Assembly (NCBI GenBank): GCA_051530055.1
Contig: CM121342.1
Location: 3,843,489-3,907,488 of the forward strand
DNA from: Neoechinorhynchus agilis
Taxonomy: Eukaryota > Animalia > Acanthocephala
Direction of reading: 5' to 3'
Length of the DNA stretch: 64,000 nucleotides
Positions 11,079 through 22,969 of this stretch are shown piece after piece (the stretch's first letter is position 1; the number at the start of each line of letters is the position of its first letter). The position numbers and the translations under genes were made by a program. A model generated the notes under the pieces. It saw nothing but the letters and a program-made list of their open reading frames with translations. It ran no database searches and was not told the origin of the DNA.

Positions 11079-13808
11079 TTATTCAACAAAAGATTTCCTT
11101 CTATTCCGCCTTCCTTTCTTCAAAGCACCTGCGAAATCGATATTAGTAATGTCTCCCTTGGTAGGAATACCATGATTGGACAAATATTGATCAAACAAAT
11201 AGTCGATTTCCTCTTCTTCACTTTTAAACTTCCTCGTTACTTCTTCTTCTTTAAAAGTGGTATCTCTTTCTCTAAGGTACTTGCGAAGGAACTCATAATG
11301 AACGCCCTGGCGATTTCCACCTTCTCCTCGGTTCTTTTTTGGCTTTTTAAACGAGAACGCATCTAGGAAGTTAATAGGCGCAAAATCAACAAATGGATCC
11401 GATTTATATGTGATAGGTTCTGAATTGAGTATTTGTTGAGCAAATAGGGACACGGTGGGATGATAGTGATCTTTAAGGAGAACAAGTTCATAGAAACCAG
11501 GAACTCCAGCGTATGCTGGATTGCGAGCAGTAGGATCGTATTGTTTCTTGAGTTGGTTATTAAGATCACAGTGCACCCACGATGTTTTAACGGCTTCATT
11601 TTCTTCGTCCATACAACCATTGCCAACATCAACCATACCAGCATGAGCAGATTTTCGCAAATTGCTAAAAAGTACGAGGGTTGAGATTATGAATGAATTG
11701 TTGGTCGATCGAATGCATTGCATTAGAAGGCGTTTCATCATCGAATTGACGATCGCTGGAGTGGCTGATTGCGATGTGAGCGATTTAAATAGTAGACGGA
11801 GTGCAAAACGTGCTCGTGAGCTTGTATCAAGATCAGGATTTTTTAGTGAATGAATGTCGAGATGATAAGTTTTTTGAAAAGGAAAGCAATTCGAAAAAGT
11901 TTAAGTATATGATTTTACAAAATCGGTAAGTGGCCACACGATATCCATTCTGGAGCTAAGTAGTGGTACAAAGCGGAAAAATACCGTTCATTCGCGATCC
12001 CGGATTGCTTCATTGTAAGAGTGAACAAGAGAGATAGTGCGTCCAAGGCAATGGACGTGTTCGTTGAGTTATAAGCAAGTCGAAATATATCCTTAATCCG
12101 TGCATCGTCAAGCATTGTGAGATCGTCAACATAAGCAATCGATTTCCGTACACCTTTAAGAACCGTCTTAACCACACGCCGATCTTCTTCTATCAAGTTA
12201 CCAAGTCGGTTAAATACGCTCATAAATGCGTTGATCATTTCAGATGCTAAGTTTCGATCGCTACATGGAATACTGGTCATTAGAGTAAGACCGTAAAATT
12301 GAGCTCGTTCAGGCAAATTCGATCTAAACACAAAACTCTCAACTTCTCTAAACACAACTTGGCTCATTCGTGGATGATGCTTCAAAAGTCGTTGAATCGC
12401 TGAAAGGGACGTTGAAGATACAACTGCATCAGTATCACCGAGCTTATTTACAATCATTGATAGGAGCCGGTTCTCATTTTCGGGAGTTGACCGAAGTAGA
12501 CGTTCACAAAAGTCTACACATCGCCGTCTCAGTGCACTTAATTGACTTTGTAACAGATAAGATGGCTAAACGGGTAAGTAACAAAACTAAATTTTGAATT
12601 CGCGAGGTTCTCTTGACATTGGAATGTCCTAGAACCATCGATGAATAAAACGATTTTTTAAATCGTGCATTAAAATGCTTTTTTATGGAGGAAAAATGCA
12701 AGGAATTTTATTAAGTCCGATATTTAGGCACAAGTTTGTACCTTAATCAAGGTAGCTTGATATAATTTTAGAATAAAAACTAAACTGCTCAAAAAAACAT
12801 TCATAACCGAATTGTTTTTCCAGACTTTATTACTTTGGTTGAATTCTTAAAAGTAAAGTGCATACTGAATGGTTTTCAACATAATCCCGGTTAAAGATTC
12901 CTTTATTATTGGGAAATACTTCGCGCCCGAGCTTACAAAACCAACAAATAAAAAGAACTATCACAAAAACTAATTTTTAGATGACTGATGAGCGAAATGT
13001 TTCCTAATAATAAAAGAATCTTTAACTGGGTGATTATGTTCATCGGCACCATTCAATATTTACCATTTCAAAAGATCTTCTTGATAAGATTAAAGCGCAT
13101 TTATTACCTCCGAACCAATAGCTACTGAACACTTTAGTGAATTGTTAGAAAATTATTAACATCAAAACTTATAGAATTTAATGATAGCCGGGATAAAAGG
13201 CGAATTCGAAACTAAAACTAGATATAAAGTTCCCAGGACCGTAGAGCCATCATTTTATATTTATCGATGATATCCAAAAGTTTAGAATAGATCTCTTTAA
13301 GTCTTGACTCAAAGTACCACAAGGCAACAGTCCTTCGTTTTTGAGTTCCAGTAATCGGTCTTACCGAAAGTGCTTTTAATTTTCGATTGTTAGGAAGAAG
13401 ATAATCCAAAAGAAGTTCAAGAAGAGGATCAAGGGCTGCAAATACTTCTCGTGTCTTGGCATTCTCCATCATTGACACTAACCGTTCAAAGCTCTCGAGA
13501 CCGCGGCCAAGAACATCGTCACTTACACGAACCACCAGAGCAGCGATTCGGTCGAGCCGGGTTCCACGGTGGCTGATTTCATCTAGGAATCCAACTTTAC
13601 GTTCCGAACAAAACTCCTCGAGCCACGCTTTCTCGCATTTTGACATCAGCGTAGTTGTTAGCTCGGTGAGAGTATCAGAGTCTGGGATTTGTTCGAGTTC
13701 AAGCTCATACCAACGAGTGTTCAGTGGCTTCGATATTTCCTCAGGTGGCTGCCGTCTCTTAGGCTTTGCTTTACGTTCTAAATGATTGAATTTCCGAGCC
13801 ACGCCCAT
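11079..13808 (-). CDS. CEBPZ: CCAAT/enhancer-binding protein zeta / NOC1-MAK21 ribosome biogenesis factor; proposed exons 13808-13258, 12557-~11920, ~11825-11079
   Basis: Matches to remembered CEBPZ motifs: GTRLDRIAA, LLPNNRKL, LWYFESRLK, PENENRLLSMIVNKLGD, FRSNLPERAQFYG, YFSALY, YDPTARNPAYAG, HYHPTVSLFA and FLDAFSFKKPK. Confidence 0.9.
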
Positions 13809-13837
13809 CTGAAAACTTATTCGAAAAGTTCTATCTC

Positions 13838-15555
13838 AGATTTAAATTCACTGATATATTTATCCGATATTTCAAGTCCGATCATTTTGACATTTTACCA
13901 AGGTTTCCAATTAATCGAAGTGAAATATCGGAAATAAATTGGTTAATTGAAAAACCAAAAAAACGAATATTTCGTATAGTATTAAAATTTAAGATTGAAC
14001 GTCAGCAAACGGAATATAAATTGAATTATTGTCGTCAGGGGGGAAGAGAATTCCTTTTTCTTAGTTTTGAACCTTCCGGATTTAAATTCACTGATTTATT
14101 TCCCCGATATTTCAAGTCTGATCATTTTGACATTTTACCAAGGTTTCCAATTAATCGAAGTGAAATATCGGAAATAAATTGGTTAATTGAAAAACCAAAA
14201 AAACGAATATTTCGTATAGTATTAAAATTTAAGATTGAACGTCAGCAAACGGAATATAAATTGAATTATTGTCGTCAGGGGGGAAGAGAATTCCTTTTTC
14301 TTAGTTTTGAACCTTCCGGATTTAAATTCACTGATTTATTTCCCCGATATTTCAAGTCCGATCATTTTGACATTTTACCAAGGTTTCCAATTAATCGAAG
14401 TGAAATATCGGAAATAAATTGGTTAATTGAAAAACCAAAAAAACGAATATTTCGTATAGTATTAAAATTTAAGATTGAACGTCAGCAAACGGAATATAAA
14501 TTGAATTATTGTCGTCAGGGGGGAAGAGAATTCCTTTTTCTTAGTTTTGAACCTTCCGGATTTAAATTCACTGATTTATTTCCCCGATATTTCAAGTCTG
14601 ATCATTTTGACATTTTACCAAGGTTTCCAATTAATCGAAGTGAAATATCGGAAATAAATTGGTTAATTGAAAAACCAAAAAAACGAATATTTCGTATAGT
14701 ATTAAAATTTAAGATTGAACGTCAGCAAACGGAATATAAATTGAATTATTGTCGTCAGGGGGGAAGAGAATTCCTTTTTCTTAGTTTTGAACCTTCCGGA
14801 TTTAAATTCACTGATTTATTTATCCGATATTTCAAGTCCGATCATTTTGACATTTTACCAAGGTTTCCAATTAATCGAAGTGAAATATCGGAAATAAATT
14901 GGTTAATTGAAAAACCAAAAAAACGAATATTTCGTATAGTATTAAAATTTAAGATTGAACGTCAGCAAACGGAATATAAATTGAATTATTGTCGTCAGGG
15001 GGGAAGAGACTTCCTTTTTCTTAGTTTTGAACCTTCCGGATTTAAATTCACTGATTTATTTATCCGATATTTCAAGTCTGATCATTTTGACATTTTACCA
15101 AGGTTTCCAATTAATCGAAGTGAAATATCGGAAATAAATTGGTTAATTGAAAAACCAAAAAAACGAATATTTCGTATAGTATTAAAATTTAAGATTGAAC
15201 GTCAGCAAACGGAATATAAATTGAATTATTGTCATCAGGGGGGAAGAGACTTCCTTTTTCTTAGTTTTGAACCTTCCGGATTTAAATTCACTGATTTATT
15301 TATCCGATATTTCAAGTCCGATCATTTTGACATTTTACCAAGGTTTCCAATTAATCGAAGTGAAATATCGGAAATAAATTGGTTAATTGAAAAACCAAAA
15401 AAACGAATATTTCGTATAGTATTAAAATTTAAGATTGAACGTCAGCAAACGGAATATAAATTGAATTATTGTCGTCAGGGGGGAAGAGACTTCCTTTTTC
15501 TTAGTTTTGAACCTTCCGGATTTAAATTCACTGATTTATTTCCCCGATATTTCAT
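13838..15555. repeat. Tandem array, 240-bp unit, ~7 near-identical copies; unit has an internal inverted repeat
   Basis: Exact 240-bp period. TTTATTTCC(CC)GATATTTCA pairs with TGAAATATCGGAAATAAA inside each unit. Confidence 0.97.
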
Positions 15556-15615
15556 TCCGGAATTATCAAACGTGAGATACCAGGGAAATTAATCAGTGAA
15601 TTTAAATTCCCGGAG
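15512..15615. mobile_element. MITE-like inverted-repeat end of the 240-bp array; related copy at ~42425-42555
   Basis: TTTAAATTCACTGATTTATTTCCC is inverted as GGGAAATTAATCAGTGAATTTAAA. The same motif and CAAAACTAAGAAAAAGGAA recur at 42.4-42.55 kb. Confidence 0.55.
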
Positions 15616-15739
15616 TATGGCAAAACTGAGAAAAAAACAGTTAACTACAAAGTTGTTTTTTGGTAATTTGGTTTACTAAGCATTTCTTTCAGACGATTTT
15701 CGCTTCGGCAATTGATGCCAATCATTTTCGTATGTTCCG

Positions 15740-16590
15740 ATAGGTAATATTTCGTCTTTTAAAAAAAGAGGGATTTTGTTTATGAACCTTTATTGAACCA
15801 CACAAACTACTCATTTTTTCTTTGAATACTCGAACGTATTAATTCTTAAATATACGATTATTTTTTATAAAACGAAAACTTCAACCTCAGTTTGAACTTG
15901 ATTGATTTGTGTTCAAAGTTGGTACTGATGGAAAAAATTGTCAAAAATGCGATCTTTTCGTCTTCATTTCGTTGATTTTATATTAGAAGAATTAAATTTG
16001 AATATTTTCCAACTTGAAAATATTGAATTGGAGGTCTCGTTGTTCACAATCTTCATTCCAATCAATTTAGCTGCCCGTCTCACATTAGAATAATGGCTGC
16101 GGTTGAGACAAACTCTAACGTTTCTCAAATTTTAAAAGTTCTATTTTCGTGGTGGTATCATAAATTCAAAGAAAAAATGAGTAGTTTGTGTGGTTCAATA
16201 AAGGTTCATAAACAAAATCCCTCTTTTTTAAAAGACGAAATATTACCTATAGAAACGTTAGAGTTTGTCTCAATCGCAGCCATTATTCTAATGTGAGACG
16301 GGCAGCTAAATTGATTAGAATGAAGATTGTGAACAACGAGACCTCCAATTCAATATTTTCAAGTTCGAAAATATTCAAATTTAATTCTTCTAATATAAAA
16401 TCAACGAAATGAAGACGAAAAGATCGCATTTTTGACAATTTTTTCCATCAGTACCAACTTTGAACAGAAATCAATCAAGTTCAAACTGAGGTTGAAGTTT
16501 TCGTTTTATAAAAAATAATCGTATATTTAAGAATTAATACGTTCGAGTGTCCATCTCAAATTTTAAAAGTTCTATTTTCGTGATGGTATC
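15740..16590. repeat. Complex inverted duplication with order A-B-C-A'-B'-C
   Basis: A 15740-15827 and B 15828-16125 recur as reverse complements at ~16164-16250 and ~16251-16548. C (CAAATTTTAAAAGTTCTATTTTCGTG) occurs at 16126 and ~16557. Confidence 0.9.
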
Positions 16591-17739
16591 GCTCTTTCGC
16601 ATGCCGGATGAATTCAAAGAAAAATTTATTTTTTAATTCATAATTCTCGTTGCTTCGGCTCGAAACTTTGTTAGACTTCAACAAGCATCTCGATTCAAAC
16701 GACAATTATCATCGTTAAAGATTACATAAACTCTTCTATCGAATCATATTTTGTTGTTAATTTCGTTTATTGTTCAAAATGTATTGCAACTTTCCTTTTT
16801 TACATTTGAACTTGATGGATGTTTCGCTCAAAATAAGTCACTCGAGTCGTGAACTGCCGCGTTTTAGAATTACTAATACTTACGACGCTACTTGATTAGA
16901 GACGAACGCGATTACTCTTAAATCGGATTTCATTTAAACTTGAAACTAAATAGATTAGTAATGTCTTTAGCTTTTCCCCCTTACCACTGCTAGTGGCACT
17001 TTTTAGATGGAACTACGAATACGCTAAATGTAATAGAGTATATATTTCCCAGTTTTTCTTTGTATATTACATTGAAGATTTCTTTTTATTAAAAACAATA
17101 ATAACCTTTCGAATTATTGTTTAGAAGTCTACACCTCCGGTAACGAACAAACTGAGATGATGAACCCCATACGAGGTTCGTAGAACGTCTTTTTAATCGA
17201 AATAATCATTTACCGCGGGTTCCAATCACATTCCACCCCCCGGTACCTCCTCGAACATAACATTTTAATAAAAACCCTGAATTCATTTGGTTTGGATTCC
17301 ATGCTTGTGCAATCATTTCTTATCTTCACATCCGACGTGATTTGTATTATCGAACAAAGTTTCAGAATAAGCGAAATTCTGATCTTCGCTTGTTTTTAGC
17401 ACGCTTAGTCTAGTTACGATTGTGAGTGTAGATGTTAGACGAAAAAAAACGGTTTCTCATCGCAGACTCTTCTTAGAAATCGAAACGGTAAGCTAAATTG
17501 CTTTCGGTTAGAATTTCTTTTATATTAAACCTAAATTTAATTAAGAGTTATGCGTTAATGTCGCAACTCAAGTATTAGAATTTTTCTTTATTATTGTGGT
17601 TAAAGGATGAATTCCTGATTTTACCATTTTAATGTAATGGGGAAAGTGTTTTTATGTGGCGGAAAAATTGAAGGACTAATATCGTGCCTTTATCAAGGTT
17701 GCTCATAAGTTTTTAATTATATATACAAGTAACCTAGAT

Positions 17740-18950
17740 AAAGGAACGAGATTGTCCCTTTCGAAAGGAACAACCGGATTTAACCAAAATTCTATTAACA
17801 TTTCCACCATAAACATGAGCAATTTGATCCCTTTTTTATGAACAAATGGGGAAAATGCCTTTATGTGGCGTAAAAATTAAAATAATTTATTGATTCTGAT
17901 ATTTCGAAAGGAACAATCATGTACCTTGCAGACAGGAACAATCGTATTTAACCAAAACTCTATTAAAATTTCCGCCATAAACATGAGCAATTTTATCCCT
18001 TTTTATGAACAAATGGGGAAAATGCCTTTATGTGGCGTCAAATTTTTAAAAGAATTTTTTCGAAAGCCACAATCGTGTAACTTGCCGATAGGGAAAATCG
18101 GATTTAACCAAAATTCTTTTAAAATTTTCGCCATAACATGAGCAATTTTATCCCTTTTCATAAACAAATGGGGAAAATGCCTTTATGTGGCGTCAAATTT
18201 AAAAGAATTTTTTCGAAAGCCACAATCGTGTACCTTGCAGACAGGGACAATCGTATTTAACCAAAACTCTATTAAAATTTCCGCCATAACATGAGCAATT
18301 TAATCCCTTTTTTATAAACAAATGGGGAAAATGCCTTTATGTGGCGTAAAATTAAAAGAAATTTTTCGAAAGCCACAATCGTGTACCTTGCCGAAAGGAA
18401 CAATCGTATTTAATCAAAATTCTTTTAAAATTTCCGCCATAACATGAGCAATTTTATCCCTTTTTTATAAACAAATGGGGAAAATGCCTTTATGTGGCGT
18501 GAAAATTAAAAGAAATTTTTCGAAAGCCACAATCGTGTACCTTGCCGAAAGGAACAACCGGATTTAACCAAAACTCTATTAAAATTTCGGCCATAAACAT
18601 GAGCAATTTTATCCCTTTTTTTATAAACAAATGGGGAAAATGTTTTTATGTGGCGTAAAATTTAAAAGAATTTTTTCGAAAGCCACAATCGTGTACTTTG
18701 CCGATAGGGAAAATCGGATTTTACCAAAATTCTTTTAAAATTTCCGCCATAAACATGAGCAATTTTATCCCTTTTTATGAACAAATGGGGAAAATGTTTT
18801 TATGTGGCGTAAAAATTAAAATAATTTATTGATTCCGATATTTCGAAAGCCACGATCGTGTGCTTTGCCGAAAGGAACAATCGGATTTAGCCAAAATTCT
18901 TTTAAAACTTCCGCCATAACATGAGCAATTTTATCCCTTTTTTTATAAAC
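17740..18950. repeat. Tandem array, ~155-160-bp palindromic unit, ~7-8 copies; member of a dispersed family
   Basis: The unit has TTTATGTGGCGTAAAATT..AAGAA inverted against TTCTTTTAAAATTTCCGCCATAA. Related pieces lie at 10805-10897, 12710-12760, 21700-22300, 34870-34930 and 63430-63540. Confidence 0.93.
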
Positions 18951-19356
18951 AAATGGTGAAAATGTCTTGCAACGACAAATCTGCTCTGAGTTTAAATGGT
19001 GATGTTTTTTTGGATGTTGTATCCCCGTCCCTTCGTTAATTTGTGTGAGAAAAACATTTAGGTTTTGTACTATATATATATGTTTTTTGGTTGGACGATA
19101 AGGTACATGAGTGTTTCTCCTCGACTAAATCGTTCTTTTCACGCTTTCTTATCCATCCACGAGAGTGCCAGTTTCTCAGCAAGAAAAAGGCGTAGTTCAC
19201 GTTTCTCGCAATGTCGTTCTCGCGAATGGGAGTGTCGTAGCCAGAATATGGCAACCGAGGGCGGGGGAGAATGTTCATTATTGCTAGAGAGACAGCGCAT
19301 GTTGACGGAGCACTCCGCCTACTCCTTTTGTTACTCATTTTTAAATCTCAAGAGAA

Positions 19357-21058
19357 ATGACCTTCTGGTATGATCATACCAACAACAACAACAGCAGCAG
19401 CCGTCCATTTGTTTATCCCAACTCACCATTTAATCAGTCTAATTGGATTAGTGAACATTTGAGCGCGTTTCAACCACCAACACTATCATCACCCCCGCCG
19501 TATATGTATATGCCAACTTATTATTACGCCGGCGAAGGTCTTATGGAACCACCCCAACAATTTCAGTTAAACCGCCCAATGTACTTCAAAGAAAACGGAG
19601 ATCCTCAGCCAAAAAAAACTGAAATGGATTCTAAATTTGAAGGGAACAACAACAATCACGATGAAGTACCCAAATTAAATATGATGCGATGGGGAAAACC
19701 GAATGGAGAGCAATTACAATCTTATCCTACACCAAACAATGCTCCGTACAGACCATTGTCAATTAAAAACCGTTTACGAACCTCCGTTACAATTCCTATC
19801 ACGTTTGTTAATCACCCAAGAAAAATTGAGAAAAACGAAATCGAACGACCTGCTCTTCGTTGTATTAAAAATATCCTTGGAGATGGAAACTGCATGTTCC
19901 GTGCAATAGCAATCCAATGTTGACATTTTGTAGCCAGACTTTTTTTTGACGCTTCCGAAATCAATTTAAAATTTTATTCCCAGCTAAGCATGGACCCCAA
20001 TGAATTCTTCTTTTAAGCGCAATTCGATGCCATAGTGTGGAAATTTCAGTATGTCGCTCAGTTTTGAAATCCTGAATTAAATAATGCAAATCCAAAAAAA
20101 TTTGAATTATCTACAATTCATTAAGTGAGGAAGTAAAACGTTTAAAACCCTTTGGAACTCAATTTTCGCACACATTTTCGTCTATATCTATTCTATACAT
20201 AATAGTGGCATTGCTCTTTTTTTGTTAAAGGATTAAAGTTAGATATTCCGCGTTTGGTAATAGTTTTTAAAAAAGTTCGAATAAAGCCCGCTCGAACACT
20301 TTGTGTTGAGATTTCCGGCTATCTTACTTTATTTAATAAAAAAGATCCGCAGGGTAGAATTAAAAGAAGATTTCGTTCGATCCGTTTGACACCAAAACGC
20401 CCATTATATTTCAGACTGCAAATTTCCTTTACATTTTTATTATTTTCAACAAATATTTTTTGTTTAGGTTTTTAAAATTATTAGCTTAAAATTATTATCG
20501 ATCACACACGCACACTAAAATATTATTTCGTCAAATTTGTAGCAAGAAAATAGCTTAAACGTCGATTTTAAACGCATTTGTTTTATTAGTAGAAAATTTC
20601 AACATTGGACCATAGCGACGGAGTTGTCACGATTAATGAACAGCGATGCAGGATTCGATTATGAGGTCCGATTACAACTCGGTCTTGAAAATCCCCGCGA
20701 TCAGTCAATGTTCATTCATACATTGAGACACAAAGTTGTCACGGAATGGCTTGAATTGTCCAGATTGTATCAAGGATTTGTCGAGAACCAATACGATTTT
20801 CAAACAGAAGCGATGAGATTCCTCGATGACGGTTATTATGCGAGTGAAATGGGCGATCTTGTTCCGGCTGCAATAGCCAACATATTCTCAATAAAGATCA
20901 AAATTTTCGTAATGGAACAAGGAACGATAAACAGTACAAATGTCGTAGAAGTCGAGCCGTCGAAATCGATAAAGTTAGACAAATGGAGGACAATTTATTT
21001 GGCATATAATCCTTCCGGTGGTGGGCATTACAATGTCGCTGTACCTGAAGTTTATTAG
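19357..21058 (+). CDS. OTU-domain deubiquitinase-like protein with an N/P/Q/Y-rich N-terminus; proposed exons 19357-19908 and 20615-21058
   Basis: Cys box GDGNCMFRAIA, LRHKVV, G+LVPAAIANIFSIKIKIF and His box GGGHYNV. Confidence 0.8.
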
Positions 21059-21699
21059 CCCAATGTTTAATCAAGTTAATTTGTGAAGAAACCATAGTTT
21101 TGTACTATTTAAAAACGAATGCATGAGATAAGTACAATTGCCGAATAAATTACGAACATCGTCTCTATACGGTTCTTGCTTGATATGCGAAGGTTTTCGA
21201 CCTTTGCTCAAATAATGCTGCTTCCAAATGTTTTGTAACAATTATTTTCAATATTTGGCCCTTCGCTTAGATGTGTTTCTATCAATTTATAAATTTTAAG
21301 GAATTTGCTAACATACAAAAAACAAAATAATTGTTGTCATTTCAACAACAATGCCCGTTACAAAATATAATTAATGATATTGAATGGAAAAAAAAGTAAA
21401 CTGAGAAAAAAAGACAGTTATATTATTTATCAACAATTTTTACAAAGGAAATGTCACACTCGTACAAAAACGAGTTGTACAATACTCTTGAACCTTTTAA
21501 AGGCATTCCATTGAATCATATAGTTACACGTCTTGTGCTTGACGAAGATGACAGTGTACGGGTAAACGAGAAAACGTCTCGTTGAAAGAAATTAAATTTA
21601 CAATAGAAGAGTTAGGCAATCTGAATTCTAGAATGATTGACCATACTTTTGAAAACATCATCACGAAGAAATTAAAATGATTCTATATTCAAAAATCCG

Positions 21700-22300
21700 T
21701 CCTTTATTTACTTGTGAAACAACCTTTTGGGATAAACGCGTACGAGATTGTGCCTCCGAAATATCCGAATTTTTTAAATTCTGTTTAAAGATTGAATTGT
21801 CCAAAGTCGTTTTTTATGTGGCGTAGAAAAGAATTAAAATGATTTGATTTTCAAAAAAATTCGATTACTTGCGAAACGACCTTTTGTAATAAACGCGTAC
21901 GAGATTGTGCAGAAACCAATCGGATTTTTGAAAATAAAATCATTTTAATTCTTTTCTACGCCAAATAAAACAATCAATAAATTCTTTTAATTTTTACGCC
22001 ATAAACAAGCAAAAAATGAAGTTTTTATGAAAGCAAGCGAATAAAACGCTTAACCTTGCGATATAGACCGACGAGATTGTGCCTTCGAAATATCCGAATT
22101 TTTATAAATTCTGTTTAAAGATTGAATTGTCCAAAGTCGTTTTTATGCGGCGAAGAAAAGGATTAAAATGATTTGATTTTCAAAAAATTAGATTACTTGC
22201 GAAACGACCTTTTGTAATAAACGCGTACGAGATTGTGCCGAAACCAATCGAATTTTTGAAAATAAAATCATTTTAATTCTTTTCTACGCCAAATTTTAAT
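21700..22300. repeat. Cluster of direct and inverted copies of the dispersed palindromic family (~300-bp direct duplication)
   Basis: AAACGCGTACGAGATTGTGCC and AAAATAAAATCATTTTAATTCTTTTCTACGCC are repeated. TTTATG(T/C)GGCG(T/A)AGAAAAG is the inverted partner. Confidence 0.8.
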
Positions 22301-22969
22301 TGACGATGAACTATTGTAAGTTTCAATGTCGTTGTATAATTCTTTTTTGAAACGAGATTTCTACTTTTCAATGCGCTGCGAAAATTAACGATGTGTTTAT
22401 TCGAATCATGGGATATAATTCAATTCTATTCGCAGCCATGTTAAGATGGTCGAGGCGATCCATAAACCCATAAAATAATTTCTGAGAAATACTGCAATTT
22501 TATTTTTAAAATGACGGGTTTATTGAACATCGACGTCGCACATTACAGCACGAGTAAGCGTACAGTGACTTAAAATTATTTCTGTTAAACCACGAAGACC
22601 TGATTCTTGCTTAAAAAAAGAAACGATTCGTTTTGGAAGTACTTTAGTTCAAGACGGTGAAGATTTGCTGGAAAATATTTAATCAAAAAATATGCTATTA
22701 TTTTGTGGTCGATTATGAACACCGAAGAGATAAAGTCGAAATAAACTATTTGGACTCATTGAATCATTAATTATCAATTCACATCATTCGAGGACCGACC
22801 AAAACAATAACATATCTCTGAAACTACCAAATGCAATGATTAAAATATGATATTTGCGCAAGGTATTAAATATTTTAGCAGAAGAGGAATTTTAAACATT
22901 GACTAAGAAATTGTGATATTTTTGTTGCTATTCTGATTTTTTTTACTTTTATTACTAATCGAGTTTTAG

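Noticed and set aside
11820-11935. Second CEBPZ intron as non-canonical (TCGTG/CACGA inverted pair)
   Set aside because: In-frame GT-AG solutions exist and there is no TA direct repeat at the expected spacing.
14021-15592. 523-aa ORF as a real repeat protein
   Set aside because: It is fully explained by a 240-bp unit that is stop-free in one frame. It starts at TTG, has no unique domain, and the unit behaves like a palindromic DNA repeat.
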